The translations under genes and the position numbers were made by a program. From positions 1,728,001 through 1,792,000 of the forward strand of contig OZ245006.1 of assembly GCA_965223545.1 (NCBI GenBank): a stretch of 64,000 nucleotides of DNA. Direction: 5' to 3'. Numbering within the stretch: the stretch's first letter is position 1; each line of letters begins with the position of its first letter. Below the pieces are notes generated by a model. It searched no databases, was not told where the DNA came from, and was given only the letters and a program-made list of their open reading frames with translations. This stretch comes from Planctomycetota bacterium. Its GTDB lineage: Bacteria > Planctomycetota > UBA1135 > UBA2386. Of this stretch, positions 29,536 to 38,721 are shown piece after piece.

Positions 29536-32500
29536 TCAGCGGCCGGCATCCGAAAAGGGCTCGGCAGTCCAGACGTAGATCTGACTCGGCATGTCCCACT
29601 GGTGCGCGCGGGCGAACAGTCGGCATCCGTCGTTGGACCAGAACAGGTCTTGGGTTGGACGGTCCGGTTCCTCGAGCTCGATCAGCTTGACCCCAGAAGA
29701 GAAGTCCAAGACGCGCACGGGCTCGTCAGCCCCGGCCGTCGCCAGTCTCTGGCCATCGGGCGAGACACAAACCGAGAACGTCGCCAGCGTGTGGCGGGGG
29801 AACGCGCGCAGGGGCGCCAACGTACGGTGATCCAGAAGGAGGACTTCGCCGGTGTGGAGCCCTGCCACGAGGGCTTCGCCGCGCGGCGTCCACGAGACGT
29901 CGTGAATCCGGCTGCGAAGCCGATGGCGACGCCGCTCCACCCCGGACATCCGGTCGAACACCACCAGCTCACCGGCGTAGGTCGAGCAGAACACCTCGGA
30001 CTGATCGGGGGCGATCCAGGCGTGCAGCGGCTGCTTGTCTTCGTCGGAGAAACAGTGTTCCCAGACAGTCTCGAGTGTGGCGCTGTCGATTCCGTACAGG
30101 GTACGCGCCTCATACGAGGTCACGGCCAAGAAGGCACCGTCGACGCTCGCACTCACGGAATTCGCGCGCTCGCCCCGGGCGAGCAAAGGGCGAGAACGCA
30201 CCACGGTACCCCGCGCTGCGTCGATGGCGCGGAGCACGCCGTCCCACCCCACCACGACGACCTGATCACCGATCAAAGCGCTGTGCTCTCCCGTCATCCC
30301 GGCAACCTCGAGCTGCATCGACGCACGGATCTCAAGGCTGTCCAAGTCGATGATCTGGACGAGCCGGTCCTGATTACAGAACGCCGCCCGCCGGCCGCCC
30401 GCACCGTAGGCGAGATCGCGACAATCGAGACCGATCGGAACGACGGAGCAGTCCTGCTTGGGCGGCAGGTCCCAAACTCGAACCGCGGGATCCATTCCAC
30501 CGGCAGCGAGCCGCTTTCCGTCTGCAGAGATTTGCAGGTCGTTGACCCCGAGCTGGGAGCCATCCAGAGTGCCCAGCTGCTCCCCGGAGTCGATCGAGTA
30601 GCAGTGGATCAAGCCGAGCCCCCATCCTCCGCCGACGTATGCGACGCCGGCCGTATCGTCGACGCGGATGGTGTAGACGTTCTGCGAGAGCGCCAGCACC
30701 GACCGCAGGCGTCCCGAGTCGAGCTCGCGGATCGCCACACGATGTCGGCTCCCGGCGAAGAGCAGGCCGCGATCGCGAGACACCGCGAGCCCACTGATCG
30801 GCGTCGCCGAGTACTCGAGATCGTCGGGGCCCGCGAGGGTTTCCACGTGTGCCCCGTCCGCGCGAAGCCGAAACAGCTCGCCCCGATGCGTGCCGACGAT
30901 GATCTGGTCGGGGGATACGTAGACGGCCTCGCTCACTCGGTCTCGCGCCCCAACGAGCGGGACGCGGCGCGCGGGCTCGCTCCCGTCGGTGGGCCCCAAG
31001 AGCAGAGCCGGTCCTTCGCACAGCGCGTACCGCGACCCGTCGGGCGACACGCACAGGGCGCCCCCCACGGCGCCGTCGACGAGCGTCGTCACGGTTTGCT
31101 GGCTCAGGTCGACCAGCTTCACGAAGCGGGTCCAACCCTGTGAGCAGCCGACGAGCAGACGATCGGGAACCGCAGTGGCCTCGATCTTCCCGATCTCGGC
31201 GCCCAGATCGATTGCCAGCACAGGCGTTCCCTCAGGATAGGTGCACAGCGTCAGCGTCCCCTGCGCACCCCCGAATGCGATGCGGTGATCGTCCACCCAG
31301 TGCAGCGCGTAGGTCCTCGGCTCGGTCGGGATCATTCCCGCCGCATCGTTGATGCGCCCCTTCAAGTAGCCGTACTCCCATCCCCTCAGGTGCGCCGGCG
31401 TCGCATCGAGATGACCCATCGCCGCGGCGGTTTGCCCCTGATCCAACGCCAAACTCGCCGCCCGGACATCGAGCGCGTAGGCCCGCCAATCGGCGACCCG
31501 CCGCTGCTCTGCGGTCTCCAACTGCGCGCGGCCGACTCGGACCACCCCCCAGACGAATGAACCGACGGCGAGCAGTCCCGCGACGACCAGGAGAATCGCG
31601 GCAACCCCCACGGGACGATGGCGCCGCCAAACTTTGCTCAGGATGTAGCCCAGAGTCGGGCTCCGTGCCGCAACCGGCAGGTGCTGCAGGTGACGGGCGA
31701 CGTCGTCGGCCAGCGCCGAAGCCGACGAGTAGCGCTGATCTGGGTCGCGGTGCACTGCGTTGAGCACGATCTTGTCCAAGTCACCGCGCACGCGCCGCAG
31801 CAAGCCATGCGCCGACGTACCCCGACGCTCCGCGACTGACGACGCACTCGCGTGCCCGACCAACAGCCGACTGGGCGCACGGGGATCCTCTTCGCGCACG
31901 ATGCGCAGCGCTTCGGAGAGTGAGACCTCCTGCAGCTGCTGCCGCCCGTGGGGAAGGTCGTCGACGAGCAGCTCGCACAGAAGCAGCCCCAGCGCGTACA
32001 CGTCGGTGCGCGTATCCACGGCGGCGGAACCCGCCTGCTCCGGGCTGGTGTAGTAGGGCGTGCCGACGAAGGCGCCGTCGATCGTCAGACTGGCACGCCC
32101 GCCATCGTCGTACAGGGCCTTGGCCAAGCCGAAGTCGATGATGACCGGCTGCGGCGGGTCACGGTCGTCGACGACGAGGATGTTCGTCGGTTTGAGGTCG
32201 CGGTGCACGACACCTCTCTGGTGTGCGTGCGCCACGCCCGCGCACACGTCACAGAACAGCCGCAGCCGCTCGGAGACGCCGAGCCGGTGCTCGTCGCAGT
32301 AACTCGTCAAGGGCGAGCCGCGAACTAACTCCATGACGAGGTAGGGGCGCCCGTCACCGGTCGTGCCGGCGTCGAGCATCGATGCAATCGAAGGATGCTG
32401 CATGCGGGCCAAGGCCTGCTGCTCCATCGCGAAGCGCGCCACCGAACGCGGATCGCTGCACCGAACCTGGAGGACCTTGATCGCCACCTCCCGCTCCACC

Positions 32501-32805
32501 GGCTGGCTCTGCCGCGCGCGATAGACGGCCCCGAACCCACCCCGGCCGAGCTCGTCCAGCACTGCGTAGGCATCGATGTCTGGCGGCGGACACGGGTCGG
32601 CAAACGCCGCCACCAGCTCTTCTCCCTGCGCCAGTCTCGCCGCGAGCGACAGGATCCGCTCCCGGTGATCGGGGTGACGATCCAGAAGCTGCTCGACCGC
32701 AACCGTGCGCTGGTCCGCCGGCGATCCGTACCAGGCCTCGTAGCACGCATTCTCGACCGGCTCGGGCAGGCCCTGCGGATGCCCTGGTCCGTCGTGGCTG
32801 GACAT
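29536..32805 (-). CDS. Ser/Thr kinase with TM and C-terminal WD40 propellers
   Basis: GRGGFG, HRDLKPTN, DFG, GTPYYTSPEQ, TM, LRGWEYGYL, WD40 repeats. Confidence 0.93.
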   Translation of the reverse strand: MSSHDGPGHPQGLPEPVENACYEAWYGSPADQRTVAVEQLLDRHPDHRERILSLAARLAQGEELVAAFADPCPPPDIDAYAVLDELGRGGFGAVYRARQSQPVEREVAIKVLQVRCSDPRSVARFAMEQQALARMQHPSIASMLDAGTTGDGRPYLVMELVRGSPLTSYCDEHRLGVSERLRLFCDVCAGVAHAHQRGVVHRDLKPTNILVVDDRDPPQPVIIDFGLAKALYDDGGRASLTIDGAFVGTPYYTSPEQAGSAAVDTRTDVYALGLLLCELLVDDLPHGRQQLQEVSLSEALRIVREEDPRAPSRLLVGHASASSVAERRGTSAHGLLRRVRGDLDKIVLNAVHRDPDQRYSSASALADDVARHLQHLPVAARSPTLGYILSKVWRRHRPVGVAAILLVVAGLLAVGSFVWGVVRVGRAQLETAEQRRVADWRAYALDVRAASLALDQGQTAAAMGHLDATPAHLRGWEYGYLKGRINDAAGMIPTEPRTYALHWVDDHRIAFGGAQGTLTLCTYPEGTPVLAIDLGAEIGKIEATAVPDRLLVGCSQGWTRFVKLVDLSQQTVTTLVDGAVGGALCVSPDGSRYALCEGPALLLGPTDGSEPARRVPLVGARDRVSEAVYVSPDQIIVGTHRGELFRLRADGAHVETLAGPDDLEYSATPISGLAVSRDRGLLFAGSRHRVAIRELDSGRLRSVLALSQNVYTIRVDDTAGVAYVGGGWGLGLIHCYSIDSGEQLGTLDGSQLGVNDLQISADGKRLAAGGMDPAVRVWDLPPKQDCSVVPIGLDCRDLAYGAGGRRAAFCNQDRLVQIIDLDSLEIRASMQLEVAGMTGEHSALIGDQVVVVGWDGVLRAIDAARGTVVRSRPLLARGERANSVSASVDGAFLAVTSYEARTLYGIDSATLETVWEHCFSDEDKQPLHAWIAPDQSEVFCSTYAGELVVFDRMSGVERRRHRLRSRIHDVSWTPRGEALVAGLHTGEVLLLDHRTLAPLRAFPRHTLATFSVCVSPDGQRLATAGADEPVRVLDFSSGVKLIELEEPDRPTQDLFWSNDGCRLFARAHQWDMPSQIYVWTAEPFSDAGR

Positions 32806-32902
32806 GCGGCTCCATTATGCCCTGCGTGCGGGGTTGCGGGCACGTTCCGCCGGTTTGAGGCGGCAGTGGCGCAGAGCGCGCTCACGTGCCAATCTTGGAG
32901 TC

Positions 32903-33622
32903 GTGGCCGAGAGGAACCGGCAGGCTCTGGCAGAGCGCGTCGCACGCGCGGCAACGACCGCCCTCGAATCACAGGGCTCCGTCACCGCGATCGACGTGAT
33001 GCTCGGTCTTCGGTGGCTCAGCCCGAGCTGTCTCGTCGAATGGCGCACACGGCGACTGCCAGCCCTGCAGCACGCCATCCAGACCGACCCGAAACGGGTG
33101 CGCTTGGCGCTGCGGTTGTTTCGGGAATGGGCCCAACAAGCCGAGCTCGAGCCCGCGGAGGCCGACTACGTCGCCCGCACGCCAAACCGCGAGCGCTTGC
33201 AGTTCTCGCTGTCGGGCGCCGCCGCGCTGGAGGCTGCATGGCGGACCCAGTGGATTTCGCCCAGGCTCTCGACAGCCCAGCGCGGGCGGGTGCGAGCGAA
33301 TGCACAGAAGCCGCCGGAGTTGGTGGTCGTCATGGCGCTGCACCCCGACTGGGAATGCCATCACTGCGGTGGCAGCGGCGCGCTCCTGGTCATGGAGCCG
33401 CCCGGCCCAGCCTGCCTTCCCTGCGTCGGTCTCGATCACCTCGAGCTGCTGCCAGCTGGCGACGCGCTACTGACGCGCCGCGCCCGTGCCGCTAGCAAAC
33501 AGACCGCCGTCGTGGTGCGCTGGAGCAAGGCGCGCAAGCGCAACGAACGTGTCGGTTGCTTGGTCGAGCACGAGGCCCTCGCATCGGCGCGCGCGCGCAT
33601 CGAGCGCGAGTCGGCCCAGTGA
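32903..33622 (+). CDS. Conserved hypothetical protein resembling the N-terminal part of DUF2293 proteins
   Basis: CHHC...CLPC, LPAGDALLTRRA, AVVVRWSKARKRNER. Start uncertain. Confidence 0.65.
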   Translation: MAERNRQALAERVARAATTALESQGSVTAIDVMLGLRWLSPSCLVEWRTRRLPALQHAIQTDPKRVRLALRLFREWAQQAELEPAEADYVARTPNRERLQFSLSGAAALEAAWRTQWISPRLSTAQRGRVRANAQKPPELVVVMALHPDWECHHCGGSGALLVMEPPGPACLPCVGLDHLELLPAGDALLTRRARAASKQTAVVVRWSKARKRNERVGCLVEHEALASARARIERESAQ

Positions 33623-33653
33623 CGCGTCGTGATTCGCGGAGGGCCGGCGCCGT

Positions 33654-34226
33654 CTAGAAGACCAGCGAGTCGTCGCGCCGGACTCCATCACACGCGATCT
33701 CGAGAACCGCGAGCGCCTCGGCGATCTCTGCCGGCTCGGGCACCGCGCTTCCGCGCTTGATGTGCACGATGGTCTCCGCTCCGAAGAAGACATCCTGAAC
33801 ACTGGCGAAGCTCTTCATGAAAGCCGCACGGGCCTTCTTGGCGCTGGCCGCTCAAAGGGGCTTCGGCGTGCCGGCGACGAACGCCGCCAAAGGCCGCACG
33901 ATCTCGCGCCGTTCGAAGTGCCCGAACTTCAAGCCCTGCTCCTCCAGCGCGCTCCTCGCATCGTCTTCGGAGAGCGTCGCGCCCTCGTCGAGCACGAGGG
34001 TCGCGCGCACCCCACTCATCATCAACCGGTCGACTCCATCGAGACTTTCCATGGCCGCACGGGCCTTGGCGGTGGCGCCTCAACCGCCGCCGTCCGCCTC
34101 CACGATGTGCACGACGAGCTTTGGTCCGGGGGCCGAACCCTCGCGCACCGACGTCAGGATGGAAGTGTCACCGCACGCCGCGACGCCCAGAGCGGTGGCG
34201 AGCAGGATGGAGCTGTGAGTCTGCAT
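33654..34226 (-). CDS. Candidate selenoprotein: lipoprotein with two HMA-like domains and two in-frame UGA codons (codons 49 and 125)
   Basis: One continuous 190-aa frame from ATG 34226 to TAG 33654 if TGA 34080-34082 and TGA 33852-33854 are read through. Lipobox LGVAAC; a hairpin follows each UGA. Confidence 0.72.
33819..33837 (-). promoter_or_regulatory. Putative bacterial SECIS element 2
   Basis: GAAGGCC-CGUGC-GGCUUUC 7-bp hairpin with the same loop; loop starts 22 nt after the UGA. Confidence 0.65.
34049..34069 (-). promoter_or_regulatory. Putative bacterial SECIS element 1
   Basis: CCAAGGCC-CGUGC-GGCCAUGG hairpin (one A/A mismatch); loop starts 19 nt after the UGA. Confidence 0.62.
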
Positions 34227-34340
34227 GTCTCGCCAGATGTCGGCGAGCGGGCGGGCGATTGCAGATCTCGAGAAATCCGAGGATCTCCCGGTTTCTGCAA
34301 TGTGGGAGCGCGGCCCTGACATCTACGTCTGGCATCGCGG

Positions 34341-34917
34341 ATGTCCGACCACCCCGCGCAGACCCTGGACCTGGACGAGTTTGCCGCACGCTTCCAGCGC
34401 GCGGCACCGGCGCTGTGGTGCGTCGCGGCAGGGGTCCTCGGTTCGCCCGATGCCGCCGAGGACGTCGTGCAGGAAGCGGCGCTGCACGCGATGGCCAAGT
34501 TGCCGACATTCCGCGCGGACAGCGATTTCACCGCTTGGATGGCGCAGTTCGTCCGCTTCACGGCCCTCAACCAAGTGCGTCGCGTGGACCGCGAACCCAA
34601 ATCCCTCGGATCCAACCTGCCGGAGCCGGTCGCACCCAGAGCAACGTCCCCCCTCGTGTCGGAGGTCGGGGACATCCTGCCGGAGCAGACGGACCTCGAC
34701 GATCACGTGCTGCACGGGCTCAACGCCTTGCACGAGACACAACGCACGTGCCTTCTGTTGCGCACCCGTGCTCGATCTCCCCTACCGCGAGATCGGCGAG
34801 ATGCTCGACATGCCCGAAGGCACGGCGATGAGTCACGTGCACCGCGCGCGGCAGCAGCTCGTCGATCAGCTGAGGGGTGCAGCCGCGACGACCACCGAGG
34901 CGAGGAAGGCCCAATGA
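34341..34917 (+). pseudogene. ECF sigma factor with a +1 frameshift near 34765-34767 (pseudogene or sequence error)
   Basis: Sigma2 DAAEDVVQEA...FTAWM is in one frame; sigma4 LDLPYREIGEMLDMPEGTAMSHVHRAR is in another. Deleting one C from CGCACCCGTG restores LLLRTVLDLPY. Confidence 0.8.
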
Positions 34918-35609
34918 ACCAAAGGGATCGGCACGACCTCCAACGCTGGCTCGACGGCACTTTCGAGGCCGAAGAACGCGCCGCCTTCGAGCGACGCATC
35001 GACGAGGACCCCGAACTTCGAGCCGAGCTGCAGGTGCACGAGCAGGTTGGCGAGTCGATCCGGCGCAGCCATTCGGTACCGGAGATCAACGCCCCAGCGC
35101 CGGCAGCGCCGGCAGCGCCACCGCGATGGCCGTTCTTCGTGGCGGGCGCGGCCAGTGCCGCCGCAGTCCTGCTCGTCTGGCTGCAGCCGTGGGCCAACCG
35201 CACCGAGCTGATGCGCATGGCGGTGGGTCGCAGTTGGCTCGCGGTCTGCGAACAACCCGACCCTCGCCCCGCCGAGCCCGCCTGCGCGTCCCCAGGCCAG
35301 GTCCCACAGTACGTCCAACCGCTCGCCCCCGAGCTCCCGTCCCCGCTGGTGTGGCGCGACGCCGAGGGCGTGCGCTTCGAGCGGGGCCTCGAGCCGCGCC
35401 CGCCGAACGGCCTGCGGGTACTCGCGCTTTCGGTGCTTCCGCAGACCGACGTGTTCTTGTTCGTCGTGCCCGCGGCCACCGACCCACGACCGGCGCTTCC
35501 GCCGGACACCGACTGGAACCTGTTCCGCAAGACCTGTGGCGCACTGGTGGTCTACGAGCTCACACCGCTCGAGAAGCCGCACGGCTTGCAGTGTTTGGCC
35601 GCGGGATGA
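34914..35609 (+). CDS. Putative membrane anti-sigma factor
   Basis: LQRWLDG...ERAAFERRIDEDPELRAEL anti-sigma-like domain, TM helix, ATGA overlap with the sigma stop. Confidence 0.8.
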   Translation: MNQRDRHDLQRWLDGTFEAEERAAFERRIDEDPELRAELQVHEQVGESIRRSHSVPEINAPAPAAPAAPPRWPFFVAGAASAAAVLLVWLQPWANRTELMRMAVGRSWLAVCEQPDPRPAEPACASPGQVPQYVQPLAPELPSPLVWRDAEGVRFERGLEPRPPNGLRVLALSVLPQTDVFLFVVPAATDPRPALPPDTDWNLFRKTCGALVVYELTPLEKPHGLQCLAAG

Positions 35610-35667
35610 CCGCAGTCTCTGCCGACGCGCTACCGCCACTGCGGGCCGCCGATGTTACGCTTTCGTC

Positions 35668-36045
35668 ATGGCAGCGAAGAAGCGCGCGGCAAAGAAGACG
35701 CCGGCCAAGAAGGCCGCGAAGACCAGGACTCCCGACCGCATGACCACGGCCGAGCGCTTCGTCACCGGGCAGCACACGAAAGAGGATCTCGAGCCCGTTG
35801 CCGTGAAGTGCCCCGAGTGCGGACACAGGGGATTTCAGGCTGCCAAGGGTCGATTCGGGCCGGTCTGGCGCTGCCTGAACCGGCCGGCCTGCAAGCACTT
35901 CTTCGACGCGCGCCCGACCGGCAAGAAGTGCGGTTATGTGGTCAGGGGAAAGAAGTGTGGCGCCTTGATGGTCGAGGGAACGAAGACGATTCCCGACCGT
36001 TGCTCGCTGCGGTCGTGCCCCAATCGCAATCCACACCGGCTGTAG
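35668..36045 (+). CDS. Topoisomerase C4 zinc-finger domain protein with Lys/Ala-rich N-terminus
   Basis: AAKKRAAKKTPAKKAAK; CPEC..KGRFGPVWRCLNRPAC; PTGKKC..CGALMV..C..C. Confidence 0.8.
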   Translation: MAAKKRAAKKTPAKKAAKTRTPDRMTTAERFVTGQHTKEDLEPVAVKCPECGHRGFQAAKGRFGPVWRCLNRPACKHFFDARPTGKKCGYVVRGKKCGALMVEGTKTIPDRCSLRSCPNRNPHRL

Positions 36046-36062
36046 TGGGTCCTCCGGCAACA

Positions 36063-37306
36063 AACTGCAGCCCTTCCGTGGGCCTGGCTAGCTGAGAGAC
36101 GCTGACCGAGACGTAACCGGAGCCCTCTTCCGAGTCACTGGAAGTGACGCAGGGCCAACTGCGCAAACGGTGCCCTTTTGGTCCCCCCCCGCGTTGTGTC
36201 CCGGAGGTCGCCGATGTTCGTTCCCCCGCGTTGCCCCAACTCAGCTTGCCCACACAACCGCAGCCCGCGGCCCGGCTTCTTCGTACGCCGTGGCTACTAC
36301 TACCCCAAGTGCCGCGCCCAAGGCGTGCCGCGCTTCCGCTGCCGCCATTGCCGGCAGGGCTTCTCGCGGCAGACGTTCCGCATGGATTACCGCGACCACA
36401 AGCCCGACCGCAACGCCTGGATCGTCATGTTGCTCTGCTCTGGCCTGGGCCTGCGACAGACCGCACGCCTGGCCGGGCTCACGGCGCGCAACACCGAGAT
36501 GAAGTTCCGCAAGATCGGTCGTCACGTCCGCCGCCTGAACAACAACTTACGGGGCGACCTCCCGGTCGGCTCGAGCTTGCAGTTCGACGAACTCGAGAGC
36601 TACGAGGGCCGCCGCAACACGCGGCCCCTGACGCTGCCTGTCCTGATCGAGCGCGGGAGCCGCTTCATCCTCGCAGCGCGGTCGGCCCCGATCCGCCCCG
36701 GTGGCCCCAAACCGGCTGCGCGCCGGCGAGCTATAGAGGCCGACGCGCGGCGGTTTGGCCGGCGGCCGTCGCGGTCGCGCGCGGCAACGCGCAATGCGCT
36801 GTGCCGGGGCGCGCGCGCTTGCACTCGGTTGACCACCGTGTTGCTCGAAACGGACGAGAAAACGACCTACTCAGGACTCGCGAGGGGCATTTTCGGCGCG
36901 CGGCTCGAGCACCAGCGAACACCAAGCACGCTGCCGCGCGAGACCTGGAATCCGCTGTTCGCGATCAACCATACCGAGGCAATGGCGCGCGACCTCAACG
37001 GTCGTCTGCGGCGCGAGTCCTGGCTGGTCAGCAAGAAGCGCTGTTTCCTCAACCTGCAGCTGCACATCTACACCGCGTACCGCAACTTCACGCGACCGCG
37101 CTTCAACTTCGACCGAGACACGCCGGCGATGCTGGTTGGCTGGCTGCCCCAGAAGTTGCGGCTGAACCAGGTGCTATCCTGGCGCCAGGACTGGGGCACG
37201 CGCAGCGGCCATCCGCTGGATCGAAACGCAAAACCGATCGAGAACTTCCTGAAGAGCTCTGCCTGACTTTCTTGCGGCCGTGCCGGACCACGGAAGGGCT
37301 GCAGTT
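36063..37306 (+). mobile_element. IS1/IS1595-like insertion sequence with perfect 19-bp terminal inverted repeats
   Basis: AACTGCAGCCCTTCCGTGG at 36063-36081 and its reverse complement at 37288-37306; no clear target-site duplication seen. Confidence 0.8.
36214..37266 (+). CDS. Zinc finger-HTH-DDE-like transposase (IS1-like)
   Basis: CPNSAC..RFRCRHC, GLGLRQTARL (HTH), QFDELESYE, LETDEKTTY; GGAGG ribosome-binding site. Confidence 0.8.
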   Translation: MFVPPRCPNSACPHNRSPRPGFFVRRGYYYPKCRAQGVPRFRCRHCRQGFSRQTFRMDYRDHKPDRNAWIVMLLCSGLGLRQTARLAGLTARNTEMKFRKIGRHVRRLNNNLRGDLPVGSSLQFDELESYEGRRNTRPLTLPVLIERGSRFILAARSAPIRPGGPKPAARRRAIEADARRFGRRPSRSRAATRNALCRGARACTRLTTVLLETDEKTTYSGLARGIFGARLEHQRTPSTLPRETWNPLFAINHTEAMARDLNGRLRRESWLVSKKRCFLNLQLHIYTAYRNFTRPRFNFDRDTPAMLVGWLPQKLRLNQVLSWRQDWGTRSGHPLDRNAKPIENFLKSSA

Positions 37307-37588
37307 CACAACCCGGAGCGGCGAAGGAGGCGAGAGGAAACCGAGCGGGTTTCTGCAGCTCGATCTCGACGAGTTGCACGAGTTCTCGGTCGAACACGAG
37401 TGCTTCAACGACACCGACACGCCATGGACCGACCTCCGGTTCCGACGCGACTCGACGTCCGCCCGCGTCAGGAAGCAGCCGGACCTGACGCGACCACCTA
37501 CGCCGTGCCGCGCCTTCTCGAAGCGCACGGCACGCCGAGCCAACCGATTTCCAGTGACGCCCGCCCGCGTTCGCGGGTGGGGCTAAGC

Positions 37589-38671
37589 ATGATCCACAAG
37601 CTCGCCTCTGTCGTGGCTCTCTGCGGCGGTCTCGCCGCGCAGGGAATCGTCTCTCCCAGCACGTTCGGGCCGGCCGAGGCCACGTCGTGGGCTTCGTTCG
37701 GCATCGGCGGCCAGAGCGCGCCGGCGGCGATGCTCGCCATCCACGGCGAGATGCAGGGTCGCCCGGCGACCATCACCGGGGTTTCGTTCCGGCGCGAGGG
37801 GCAGAACACCAGCAGCTACGGCGCGTTCACCATGGTGGTCAACGTCTGGGTGTCCACCGCGGCGACACCGCCCTCCGCGCCCTCGGCGACGTTCGCACAG
37901 AACCACGGCCCCGACAAGCAGCAGGTCGTGACCTTCGGCCTCGTGCAAGTGCCCGCCATGCCACCGCCAACCGCAATTCCGGCGCCCTTCGACCTGTCGA
38001 TTCCCTTCGACCAACCTCTCGCATGGACCGGCGGCGGGCCGCTGTGTCTGGAGATCCAGCTGGTGTCGAAGAGCACGACCCAGACGGTGCTGTTCGACTG
38101 GGTCAGCGACAACCCGCGCCTGAACCCCCGGCCCACGACGCTGCGCTACGGCAGCGGCTGCATCGCGACCGGCCAGACGGCCGCCGTGCGGCTGGACGGC
38201 GCGGGTACGGGCAGCTGGACGACCGGCGGCGTCAGTCTCACCTACACCGGCAGCCGGTTCCCGGCGAGCGCAATGGTCGGCTTGTTGATCGGTGGCAGCA
38301 ACGCACAGTTCGCGGGCCTCCCACTGCCGCTGGCGCTGCCGGGGACGGCGATCGCTCCGTCCGGCACCTGCTCCCTGCTCACCGACGCCCTGCTCGGGAT
38401 TCCCGCGGTCACCAACGGCTCCGGCCAGCTGAGCTTCAGCCTCGGCCTCGCCGCAACGCCGGCGTTCAACGGCCTATCGTTGTTCACGCAGGCCGTCACG
38501 CTCGACGCGACCGCGAACTCGTGGGGCGTGGTCTCGAGCAACGGCGTGCAGCATCAGGTGCTGGCGCCCTGGTCGAATTCGCTCGGCACGGTCTACGCCA
38601 CCAGCTCGTTCGGCCCGACTGGATCGGTGCGCGCGGACGAGGGGTTCGTCTGCCGTTTCGACGGGCCGTGA
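37589..38671 (+). CDS. Secreted protein carrying the shared C-terminal-type domain
   Basis: Signal peptide ending LAAQ; YGSGC...TCSLLTD...FNGLSLFTQA...SSNG. Confidence 0.78.
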   Translation: MIHKLASVVALCGGLAAQGIVSPSTFGPAEATSWASFGIGGQSAPAAMLAIHGEMQGRPATITGVSFRREGQNTSSYGAFTMVVNVWVSTAATPPSAPSATFAQNHGPDKQQVVTFGLVQVPAMPPPTAIPAPFDLSIPFDQPLAWTGGGPLCLEIQLVSKSTTQTVLFDWVSDNPRLNPRPTTLRYGSGCIATGQTAAVRLDGAGTGSWTTGGVSLTYTGSRFPASAMVGLLIGGSNAQFAGLPLPLALPGTAIAPSGTCSLLTDALLGIPAVTNGSGQLSFSLGLAATPAFNGLSLFTQAVTLDATANSWGVVSSNGVQHQVLAPWSNSLGTVYATSSFGPTGSVRADEGFVCRFDGP

Positions 38672-38721
38672 GGCCGAGAGGGTCCAGGGCGAGTTCGGGG
38701 CCCCGACGCCCGGCGCAGCGC

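Noticed and set aside
33654..34226. Genome-wide UGA reassignment (code 4/25) as the explanation of the in-frame TGAs
   Set aside because: Many bona fide genes here (dksA, uvrB, ggt, lemA) terminate at TGA at their expected C-termini.
37307..37580. Coding-like stretch (GFLQLDLDELHEFSVEHECF) right of the IS
   Set aside because: May be a remnant of a disrupted gene, but no start or family could be assigned.
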